From positions 114,950,001 through 115,010,000 of the forward strand of contig NC_087437.1 of NCBI RefSeq assembly GCF_036321535.1: DNA of 60,000 nucleotides, given 5' to 3'. Of the stretch, positions 37,435 through 48,320 are shown piece after piece. A program made the translations under genes and the position numbers. Each line of letters opens with the position of its first letter. The first letter of the stretch is position 1. Source of the stretch: Camelus dromedarius (taxonomy: Eukaryota). The notes below the pieces were generated by a model. It searched no databases. It worked only from the letters and a program-made list of their open reading frames with translations, and had not been told where the DNA came from.

Positions 37435-37685
37435 CTTCCCTTTATACTTCAAGGCACAGCTTAGACCAGCTAAAGTCTCAGTGACAATAGAAGGGGAGGG
37501 GAGACTGCCCACTTGAGAAGGTCAGAAAGTCACAGAACTGGCAAGGTCCCCTTTGCAGCCCCTGGCTTTTGTCTATAATGCATTCCTGAAATCACGCACT
37601 GGGGTCAGACCTGAGGGGTCAGAATAATAGATGTACCCTTGGAGCAAAATTCTTATAAGATCCTAACTTATACTTTCTCTTTTAG

Positions 37686-37863
37686 ATTTTTTTTAATTGA
37701 AGTATAGTCAATTTACAATGTTGTGTTGTGTTAATTTCTGGTGCACAGCATAGTGATATATATATATATATATATACACATACATACACACACACACATA
37801 TATAATCTTTTTATATTCTTTTTCATTATAAGCCATTACAAGGTATTGAATATAGTTCCCTAT
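37686..37863 (-). mobile_element. Short L1 3' UTR fragment with (TA)n(CA)n
   Basis: TTTTTTAATTGAAGTATAGTCAATTTACAATGTTGTG...TATTGAATATAGTTCCCT. Confidence 0.85.
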
Positions 37864-37879
37864 GTAGATATATTATAAA

Positions 37880-38590
37880 ATTTGTAAATAGTTTGGCATA
37901 TATTTCTAAAGGATAAGAACCTTTTAAAAAAATATGTAACTATGATGTCGTTATTATACCTAAAAAAAACAAAACCTGACACTGATGTTTGATAACATCA
38001 AATATCCAGCCAGTCTTCACATTTCCCTGATTTCCTCATACTTACATTTTCCAGGTGATTTGCCTGAATTAAGATGCAAAGTCCATATACTTTGCATGTG
38101 GTTGACATGTGTCTTTACATCCACAGATTCCCTCCTCCCTCCCCATTTTTTTCCTTGCTATTCATTTGTCAAAGAAACTGTGTTTTCAGCCAGATTTTCT
38201 GGTAGCATTCCCTGATGTCATTTAACACATTTCTCTGTCCCTGTATTTTTGAGAAAACTGGTAGTTACAATGTCTGGTTAGAAACTGAATCAGATTCAGA
38301 GTTGATGTTTTTGGCAAGACTCTCTTATAAAGGGTATATACTCTAATCAGGAGGCATGTAAGATCGCTGAATTATTCTAGAGATTTCCTCCCCCCACCCC
38401 CAGTCTCTTTCTCTTCCTCTTGCCCCTAGCAGCCACTGATGACAGATAATCATTGACGAAATCCGTGACTGCATCAGAGGTTTGCAACATGATAGATCCT
38501 AATTCTATCCTGCCTTCTTTCATATGAGTCAGAACACTCCTAGAGAGAGAAATTTCCCCTGGTTACCTACTTATTTACCCCTATATGTAA
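37880..38590 (-). mobile_element. L1MC-like 3' relic
   Basis: CATCAAATATCCAG...ATTTCCCTGATT...TGAATCAGATTCAG...TTTTGGCAAGA...ATCAGGAGGCATGTAA. Confidence 0.6.
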
Positions 38591-40179
38591 TTCACTGCTG
38601 AATTTCCAGCATCTCACGTATGATCTTTTTCTTCACAAGTGAATCCATGGTTGGGCAGCTTAATTTCCTTGGGCATATGGTTGAGTCTAAAGACCCACAC
38701 TTTCACAACATCTACTCATCGCTTTCTAATTCGATTGTACTGCATTCATGAGATCTATGATTTCCTTTCTCCATTTTCTGCTAACTTCCTTAAATTAGTT
38801 AGGGAAGGGTGCAATAAAATGTTCAAAGAATTAAACAAACCCCACTGATCAAGCAAAGAATACAACCTGCTGAAGCTGGACTGTGGGCCAGCAGGGACCT
38901 ACCACCAGGCAACAGTTCAGAAAGGTCCTTCATCAGCTGATGCACCTGAGGCCAGGTCATGCACATGAGTAGACAATGCACAAAGTCAAATGCATGAGAG
39001 TCAGGCATCCTTACACATCCTGAATCTGCACTCAGCTACAGAGTCCTTCTGTCCCCAGTGACCTCAGGGCAGCTGCAAACGGCAGCTGAGATATTATTCC
39101 TCCAGAAGCACAGGCATCTCCCCTCGGCATGGAACTTCCTCATTTCCTACCAGGACTCAAAGAGGAAAACTGGGTAGACATGGAAACCCCTGCGGATATT
39201 TCCTTCCTCATTCCAAGTAATTGACATTCGACCTATGTATCTTTCAACTCAGAATACCTAGGGACACTTAAGTCTTTTGTTTATTTTATGGTTATTGCTA
39301 TAGCCTTTTAGCATTTGACATTGTGAGATGAACTCATGTTTAATGCATGAACTCTGGGAAATTTTGATTGATGGGACAGATTGCTAATATGTTTAAGGAA
39401 TCACTTACAATTATCAGGTTAGACTCAAAATAGCGGAAACTCTCTCAAAATAAATGTGTAAGTAGCAAGTCTTCTACAGCCTGAATAACTCACCAAGTAC
39501 TCTGCAGGAAAGGAAACCTCTCTGAGTGAGTAATCTTGGCTTTGGCTCATGCTCCTCCTGACCCATTAAATTGTACAAGGCATCAGTCATTGAAAGCTAA
39601 AATTAACACTTACGGGTCCTGCCAGAGAGTTCTGATATCTCCAATGGGAACTTTCTATGCGCTGTGACAGACCAACATTCATTGGTGTTGCCATGGGGAT
39701 AAAAATAAGAATTGAGCTTCCTGCCTTAATTTTTCCAGCAGTTGCCAAGTGGGCAGCCTGCTTGGGCTTTGATGATAACTCTGCTCTGGTAACACTGACT
39801 CAACAAATACTAATTGGCCATCCACTACATGCCCAGTATGATGCTGGGTGCTGGGGGTAAGGGGTACATGAGATGACAGACAAAGCATGCGCTCCAGACC
39901 CAGGAGACCTAGCCCGCCTAGACCAGCCTCAGTACTCATTTGCCATGTGGTTCAGGGCCAAGTCTCAAAATTTATGTAGATTCTAGGCACTGGAAGAGTT
40001 CCTAGTGAAAGTAACACTCCACACCAAGTTAGTAAGAGCTAGATTAAATCCCAGCTCTGTCCTTTACCAGCTGTGTGGCACGAACCTGTGGTCATTTGGA
40101 AATGGTCAGAAAGGAAGAAGCAGCAGTTGGAATGGGACAGTGAAAGGGAGATCCGAGGGAAACCATATGGTTGTGATTT

Positions 40180-40322
40180 CTTCTTTAAGCAGAGTGTAAC
40201 TTTCATACAGTTAAATAAAATAACATACACAAATCTTAAGTATGTCACTTGATGAATTTTTCACATGAATCCCAGGTCATCACCACCCAGATCAAGATAT
40301 AGACCATTTCCAATACCCAATA
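40180..40322 (-). mobile_element. L1ME-like 3' end fragment
   Basis: ACACAAATCTTAAGTATG...TGATGAATTTTTCAC...CACCACCCAGATCAAGATATAGACCATTTCCA. Confidence 0.7.
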
Positions 40323-40684
40323 GATATAATCCTTCAAGTGAAACTGCCAAGAGTCAAATCTCAAGACCTCTGTTAGGTTACCACAGTCAGTCCTGCCAGC
40401 TTCAGAGCTATTTCCTGACTCTTGGAGATAAGCTTGTAGTCTCATTCTTCTGGTGACCAAGAACACCACTTATAAACTAGTCTGTTGGACATGGGGGTAA
40501 ATCTGGCTTGGAACAGAATTTAAATGTGTACTAAGCTAACCAGGCAATCCTTGGATGAAATCTACAACTGTGCCCTCTCCCTAACACCAAACTCAGATGT
40601 ACACATTACCCAGGACAGATTTTCCTTGTTATAAAATTTACTAAATATTTATTATAAAATTGCCAAAATAAAAGTTGGAGGGAT

Positions 40685-41135
40685 ATTATTCACTGTAGCC
40701 AAAAGTTAGAAACAACTCAAATGACCATCAACGAATGAATGGATAAACAAAATGTGGTCTATCCATGCAGTGGAATATTATTCGGCCATAAAAAAGAATG
40801 AAATTCTGATACATGCTCCAACATGGGTGAGCCGTGAAAACGTTGTGCTAAGTGAAAGAAACCAGACACATAAGCCCACATACTACATGATTCCGTTCAT
40901 GTGAAAGTCCAGAATAGGGAAACTCAATGGCAGAGAGTAGATTAATGGTTGCTTAGGGCTGGTGGGAGGGCTGGAAGGATGATGAGTTACTAGCTAATGG
41001 GGTTTCTTTTTGAGGCGATGAAAATGCTCTAAAACTGATTGTGATGATGACTGCATATATTTGTGGACATACTAAAAACCATTGAATTGTACACTTTAAA
41101 TGGGTGAATTATATGGTATGTGATTTTAGTTAAAA
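40685..41135 (+). mobile_element. L1MB-like 3' fragment
   Basis: ATGAATGGATAAACAAAATGTGGTCTATCCATGCAGTGGAATATTATTCGGCCATAAAAAAGAATGAA...CCATTGAATTGTACACTTTAAATGGGTGAATT. Confidence 0.9.
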
Positions 41136-41245
41136 TTCACAACCTCCTAATGAGGTAGCTCTTAGCCCCCTTGTACAGATAACAAGACTGAGGTTTAAAG
41201 AGAAGCCACACTAGATTTGACACCAAAACTTGCATTCTTAACCAT
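41136..41245 (-). mobile_element. MIR fragment
   Basis: CACAACCTCCTAATGAGGTAG...TACAGATAACAAGACTGAGGTTTA. Confidence 0.6.
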
Positions 41246-44200
41246 TAGGCAAATATTCATTTTAAAAAGGCTTTTTCATATGAGAAATTATTTCCATTGG
41301 ACAATTAATGAGAACTAGATTTATTGGTTCAAAAGCTGTGAACATTTCTAAGGCCCTTGATACACAGTAGCAGACCAGATTTTCAAAGTCACCATCACCT
41401 CCATGGCAGGGACTCACTGGTATCATACGAGTGCCTGGCCGGGTGCCTGGCACCCTGTGGCCACCCAGGGATGTTTCCTGAATGAGTAACAGCGTGTGTG
41501 CAAGGAGGATCGTGAGAGGACTCCCCAGTTCAAAGAGCTGCATTCCTTCTAATGCGAAATGTACTAGCTCCTTCTGAGTCCAGCTCCAGACTACACGTGA
41601 GTAATGAGCCCCTGGAACACGCAGCCCTCAATCTGTCTGTTTTAGCCACCTTCACGTGCCAGGTGACTCACCACATAGGCCTCTGATAGAGTTGACTGCG
41701 AAGAGGTCTAAAATAACTTACTAAGTCACGCCGCAGTGCATCTGGGTGACCATGCGCACGACTGCAAAGTGCATCTATTCTTTTAGGTGCAGTTCAGTGG
41801 GAGTATTTTTTTTTTAGCAAGTGCAGCTGCTTCTGTTTGGATTATTTAAAAGTTAACCACCCTATTAAATGCTGATTCTCCATATAAATATTAGCAACTG
41901 ACACATATTGTCACAGTCCACCTGTGCCCAAGATGAGTTAGACTATAAATCCAGTGCCTTTGGAAGCTGCATTAACAAGCCTTGCCCTACTTCTCTACCA
42001 GGAGGCAGTTGTACCCATATGACTACCAGCTGAAGAGATTGGTACTGCTAAAACTTTGGGACCTCAATCTCCTACTTTTCCCTGCAGAGCAAAGTTTGGC
42101 GGCAGGAGAGTCTGTTTTGAGAATTTCACCACTAAGATGCCAGAAAATCTGTCGAACATCATTTGACCAATAACCAGGTGGGTCTATGTTGCAATAGGTT
42201 CATTCTGTCTTTCAGATTCTATCATATGGGGTTTTCCACAGTCTTTATTTCCCTTTAAAAAAAAAATCCAAACCCTTAGGTTATTAGATACTTGTTTTAG
42301 TGCTACCTTACCCACCTCTTGGACTTCAGTATAGCATAGTCCTGATTAGTAATCAGGGGTCTTTAAAGGGATGTAATTATTACTTGCATTATCAATATAG
42401 GAAATACCTGGAGAAAATGCAGATGCCCTTTGGCTCATGTCCCACAGGCCACTCCCGCATCTGTGAAGCTATATCAGGTCCCCCTGGCATGGTCAGAGGA
42501 AGGCTGGGAGGCAGCGTTACCCAACCAGACTGCAATGATTTTATTTATTCCACATGGCTCAATAACATGTTCGAACACAACTGGCCATAATTTTTCTGGT
42601 GATTTCTATGAATCACTTTTTAATTATGAATAATGTTTTTAGAGACACTCCCGAGAAATTTTGCCCCAAGTTCCCTTGGCAACCATCTCATAAAGTATCT
42701 GAAGTCAAGCTGCTTCCATGACCAACACAGAAAATCAACTTTAAAGCCTAGATTCCTAAAAGATCCATTAGTCATCTTTGCTAAGAATGAATCTCAGATT
42801 CACACATGTAGTGGGCTGCTGAGAAAATCAACCCACATAATGAGCAAAATCCATTTACTGTCAAGGTTCAAAGGATTTTTGTACCAATATAAATTTTCTA
42901 ACTTGACTTGGAGCATTTTTTTCTTTCCTTCCAACTAGAAATTACCCCTGTGTGTCTAAATTGCTGCCTTTCTACCCTCAGCTGAAAGTTTACAGGAGCT
43001 TTTACAGGAGCTGGTGTGGCCATGGCAGTAAGGATCCTTGCCTCTTGGCTCAATTCAGGCCACTCAGAAATTTAAATGTTTGCAATGAGCATGGATTTCC
43101 ATTTCTGGTATTTCCTATAGGAAACTCCAATTGCTGGATCTCAAACAATCGACTAAGGTCCACGTACTCTTAAAGGACAGTTGAGAGGAGTTGGCCCTGG
43201 AATTCCAGCACTTTCTGCAGGTGCAATTTCCCCTGGCTTCCACATTCCTTCATTGGTCAGAGTTGACAGCGTCTCCAAAAATGACGATGTAGACATCAAA
43301 CTAAACAGAAATACACATAGGTCAATTAGCTTTCAATGGAGCATTCTGTATGTTGCTTAAACAGGGAGGCATTTTCTGGTCAATTACTTTAAGTAGACAT
43401 CAATAAACACTAAAATTATTTGTGCATGGGGAGTCATGGCACTGAGCTTTTTCCTCCCTGGCCCCAACCATCCAGGAAGTAAAGCAAATTCACATAGGAG
43501 CTTTCCAGTGCTCACTACCTTGTTTAAAGTGTTTAACAAGTGTTGGAAGCTAACGCTTTCAGTCCAGATAGTGCTGAGAGCCCGGAAAGATGTGGAACCC
43601 GGGGCCTGTTGCCTCCCCAGGTTACTGGACCACGCTCCTCCCACCACCTTCACCCTCCACCTCCGGGCCTTTTTTTCCCCATGCCTGCTTGTATTAATTC
43701 AAAAGTTAGGTTTCTCATTAAACTCTTCCAAGTATCCCCCTCTCGCCCCAACCCCCACTACCAGCTCAACGCCTGGCAGTTGCTAGGAATTCTCCAAAAT
43801 GAAATGCAAGATTGAAACTAGGTCTCACACCACCATAATCAAGCAGTTTAATTGACCTCAACTTTGGGAGCTGAGTAGCATTTGCACAACTCCATGAAGC
43901 TGCACGCTCACTCTGATCACCCCTTCCATTAAGGGGAAAGTGATGAGAAAGTGCCCTTGAAGGTGAAAATCTGCCCGGCGCCTGAGAGCTCACCCTGCCT
44001 GGTTCAAAAGCTTCTGGGAGAGAAGTACAGAGAATTCTGTAGTCAGATTAAATAATGTCTTTGTCTACACCCGCAGGGTGAAAAGAGCGTTGGTGCTATA
44101 ACCAAGATTATTTTGTTTCCGCCCTCTGAAAAATGAAGACGGTGCTGGAGTTGAGGCCAAAAATATTCATAAGCCGCACGGTTTGAATCCACTCTGTAGT

Positions 44201-44279
44201 TTATCAGCTAACCAATGCTTTTGCCAGGGAAAATATTCTTGAATTGAGAAAAACGTTAAATTTAAAAGTCTCGTTTTAC

Positions 44280-45690
44280 ACGAAAACGCGCTCTACCCCG
44301 TGCCTCCTCCTCCTCCGGGGTATTTGCTCTGGCACCTAAAAGGAATTCTGCCTTGGGGCAGCTAAAAGAGGCGCGAGGGACCGCGGACGGGAGTTGGACC
44401 TTCTTCCTCAACTGGGGGACCAGGCCGGATCTCCCTCAAGAAGGCTGAGCCGCCAACGTGAGAATTCGACTCCGGACCTGGGCTAAGAGTGCTAGAGCTG
44501 GGCACGGCTCCGGGGTCTTTGGTGAAGCCAAGATGAAAGCACCGGCCGCTTATCTCCCACCTGGAAACCCTCCACCCACTTGCACCGCCTCTCATTCCCT
44601 CCCGCCGGGCCCACACAGGCCCCAGATCCCTCTGGTCCCTATTTCTCCTGTGCAAAGAATCTGTGGGGGGAGGCGAAGCCGAGGCCAGGCGAGTAGGGGG
44701 AGGATGGGAGATGGACAAGCCCGAGATGACATCCGCATATTCTAACGCACGCAAGTGAGCGTCCGCACACTTCCCAGCGCGCACAGCAGCACCGGCTCCA
44801 GCTCCCGGCACGGCTCCCTGGGTGCGCACCCGGGATCTCCCCCCACCTCCGCCTCCAGTGTACACTGCGCCCCGCCGTAGCGCTGAGCTCAAGCGTGCTC
44901 TAGAGCTTCCCACTCCCTCGTGCACTGCACCCTGTCCATGCGCACCGAGCACCCTGCCCCGGGCGTGTACTGACACCCCTACCCCAAGCGCTCTGACCCG
45001 CCGTTACTCCCTGAGCCCTCCACCCTCTCTGTTTACTGAGCCACTCCCGCGGCCGTGCGCTTTGCGCCCCCTTTCGCCAACCTGCCCAGGCCGCGTTTCT
45101 GACCACGCGGGCAGTCCGGAGACTTTGCGCACGCAAAAGGCGGGAACCACAGCGCAAAGTCTGTCCGAAACAATTTCCTTCTGAGCCCGCACCCAGCGTG
45201 GGGAGTAGGACTCCTGAATCCCTTCTGCGGAATTGAGACGACCTCTGGCGACGGGGAAGGCTGAAGCTTGGCCCGCGTCCCTGAGTGGGGCCCGCAACTC
45301 CCAAAGACAGGATTTGTCCCAAGACAGGGAGGGCGCGCGAAAGGGCCCAGCCACCTACTGCGTGCCCTGCCAGATAGGGTGCGGTCCGCACACCCGCGTG
45401 GCCCCCGGCTCCTCTGATCTGAAGTCTGGCTTTGGCGCGCCGGAAATTTCTGAAGCGGGACGGCCCTCTGCTGTGTGCTCCTTCTCCTCCAGGGAGGGAA
45501 AAGTGTGTTCCCCGATGCGTACCTCTCAGGAAACCTGCCTCTTATACCAGCCCTTAAAACTAAGGGAAAATAAAAATAAAAAATCTGCGCGAAGCATAAA
45601 GATGCTCACGCCAGGGATTGGGCCGGCTGGGCGCGCTCAGCCCAGGCTGGAGGGGGCCGACCCAGCCTGCCCGGCTGCCCCCTGCCCTTT
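44280..45690. promoter_or_regulatory. Upstream CpG island
   Basis: Dense CG/CGCG/GCGC runs about 6-7 kb upstream of the SIM2 ATG. Confidence 0.8.
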
Positions 45691-46139
45691 CGGTAACTTT
45701 CTCTCCTCAACTGCGAATGAATTAGTTTGTCTTCCCACGGATTTGTTTAGATTAGGGAGGTTTCCCCCAATGTTAGCTTTGCTTTGCAAATAGCCCCTTA
45801 TATTAATTAAATGAAATGCATTTGTGTCTTTAACGTACTATAATAGCTCTATATTTAGTCAGCCGTACGTTAAGGATTGGCTATTACTATTATTACCTAC
45901 TAGAAAAAAATTAAGCGTATCATGTTTGTGCTTTCTTTGATGCGCAGAAATATTTGTCTCTGGTGGATAGGTTTTGTTCTTTTTTTTTTAAGGGAACTTT
46001 TTGGTTGATGCTTTTGAAAGGCGGTTTCAGTGCCGTCGTTAATGAATTAATTGGTTTTCGGATTTCAAGGCGGTATGTAATCGATATAACCACTGAGAAA
46101 TTTCAGCTCACACCAGACTATTAAGACTCCTCCAGCTCA

Positions 46140-47000
46140 AAGGTTTCCAGACGCGATCCCGGCCTCGCTGGCGGCGAAAGGCGAGGTTTTGCCGGGGAAC
46201 GAATAAGCTGCCTCTCCCCGAACCAGGATTTTGAGACGATGTTTCTGTTGAGGCGGGGCGAGAACACTGTGGGAGAGGACTGCGGAGATTTCGTGCAGCG
46301 GGTCGTGGAAGGGTGGGAGGAGGTCCCCGCGGGACACTAAGCTCCCCTCTCCTTCTGCCCTGCACTGCCTGCGCTCCAACAGCATCCTCGCTCTCCCCCG
46401 AGGACGCTGGATGTCGGTATGCATGCGGTAGTCCTCGGCACCTTCTCAGAGATGGGGGAGAGAGTGGGGCTAGGTTTGGGAGACAGGGAATGAATGCAGA
46501 GGAAAGCGCTACCCTCTCACTCCCCTCCCGAGGTAAAAGAAGAAACGTGTGGCCGCTGTTTACCCAAACCTGACACGGCGTCAGTGGCTCCCTGCGGCCC
46601 TTGCTCGGGGACTTTGCTATCCACTATAATTACCAGTGGCACTATTTTTGATTCCGAAATGCATTGCCTTGAGGGAGGGAGAGAAGTAAGCAGTAGCTAC
46701 GATGTTGTTCGGATAGGAGGCACTGCCCCAACCGGCCCCCTCAAGCACCCAGTCCCAGGATCTGAAGTCATCCCAGACAACCAGGTCGAGAAGGACCTCG
46801 CTCTTCGGAATCCAGAGGAGTAGAGTCAGCCTCGAGCAGGTCCGGATAAGCGCAGAGGTGTGAATAAGCCACTGCTGGGGGCCGGGGTTGTCTCCCTCCC
46901 CTCCAGTACACACTCTACCCGCAGAGCCACGTGGGGCACCCCGCCGGGGACTGGACCAAGGAATCCCCGACCCGGTGCACGAGGGCAGATCTGCCCTAGT
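46140..47000. promoter_or_regulatory. Upstream CpG-rich block
   Basis: High GC with many CpGs, flanked by AT-rich spacers. Confidence 0.65.
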
Positions 47001-47649
47001 TACTGCGATATAATCAAATAATCAGAGAGAAGCTGACCAACCTAAAAGCAAACACTTTCTCCAAAGGGGTAACTGACAGTGAAATAATTTATTAAAAGCA
47101 AAACAAAACAAAAGGAATAAACTCTCCCTCTACCACTTGGGAACGAGTGAATAGAGTGAGTTACTGTCTTGACCTCTCAAGGAATAAATCATTGAAATTG
47201 CTCTGGATACAGTGGGTAGTAATATAGTAATTGTTGTCTGATCCTTCCTGGGAGTAGCAATGACCCCAGGAAAAGTTGGTGATATCTCCATTGGGCTTAA
47301 ACAAGGAAAGGAGTGAAAAATTGAGGTAGTTTTTCAGGTAGCTTAGACCAAAAACGCCTCCTAGCCACGAAATAATCAGATACGTGATACGGAACCCAAG
47401 TGGGAGTTTCTGGAATAACTACATGGTGCGAATTGTCTGTGTAGACAAGGGTTTATAAATGGAACAGGTTCGAATCTCCGCAGTCCTGGATTTTCTGTTG
47501 TCTCGCTTTGAGCTGGCGGCTGAAGTTCTCCTTAAACATCACTTCAGATGTTCGAACCCCCTCCCGCCAATCTAGTGCTAGGCCTGGGAGAAGTCCTCCC
47601 CTCCCCACGTCCTTAGGGACAAAGTCTCATCCTCTTCTGCCACCGCAGC

Positions 47650-48320
47650 AGCCCATCCCAGATGGAACATGTGCGCATTTCCCCGTTGCTCTCACGCGAA
47701 AGTCGGTTTCCGCGGGGGATGGGCCTCAGGTAGGCGCCGGGCGCGGCCTGGGGAAAAACTGTTGCGGAGCATCTGAAGCGGAAAATTCGAGCAGATGTGA
47801 GGCTGCTGGGCCCCGCCGCTTTCCTCTTAGGGCCTCAATTTCTTCCAGATCACTTTCCTCATGGAAAATTTCTAAAAGGTAGGGGGGTATGCGGAGGCGT
47901 GTTTGTGTGCCTCGGGGTGCGCCCAAGCGCTAGAAGCATAACAAACTGGGGACGGTGGCGCCCCGCATGCAGGCTGCGTACCAGAAGCTCTCAGGACTCA
48001 AGGTGTCCCGACTCTCTTCCCACCTGCCCTCTTCCTGCCCCTAGCCTCCCTCCATTCTAGATTCTCCAGACTCTTACCCCGCCAGTAGTAGAACCACCGT
48101 TTCTGGGTGATGCCCGGACTTCGGGGGCCTTTCGCTGCTCTATGCTTCTCCCCTTCGGTCCCGTCTCCGTGCTCTGGACGACGCGCTCGACTTGCCGCCC
48201 AAAGCACCGATAAGGAGGTACTCTCCGCTTCAGGAGCCCTGGAGCAAGGAACAAGCAGTAGGTGTCCCAACCCGCGGCCGCCGGCTTCTGATCACTCCAA
48301 TTAGCACGTGTTTAGTACTT
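47650..48320. promoter_or_regulatory. Upstream CpG island
   Basis: CpG-dense, includes GGCGCCGGGCGCGGCC and a GCGGCCGC site. Confidence 0.7.

Noticed and set aside
44362..45793. Overlapping 160-200 aa ORFs in the upstream CpG island
   Set aside because: Open in several frames on both strands with low-complexity products; compositional artefact.
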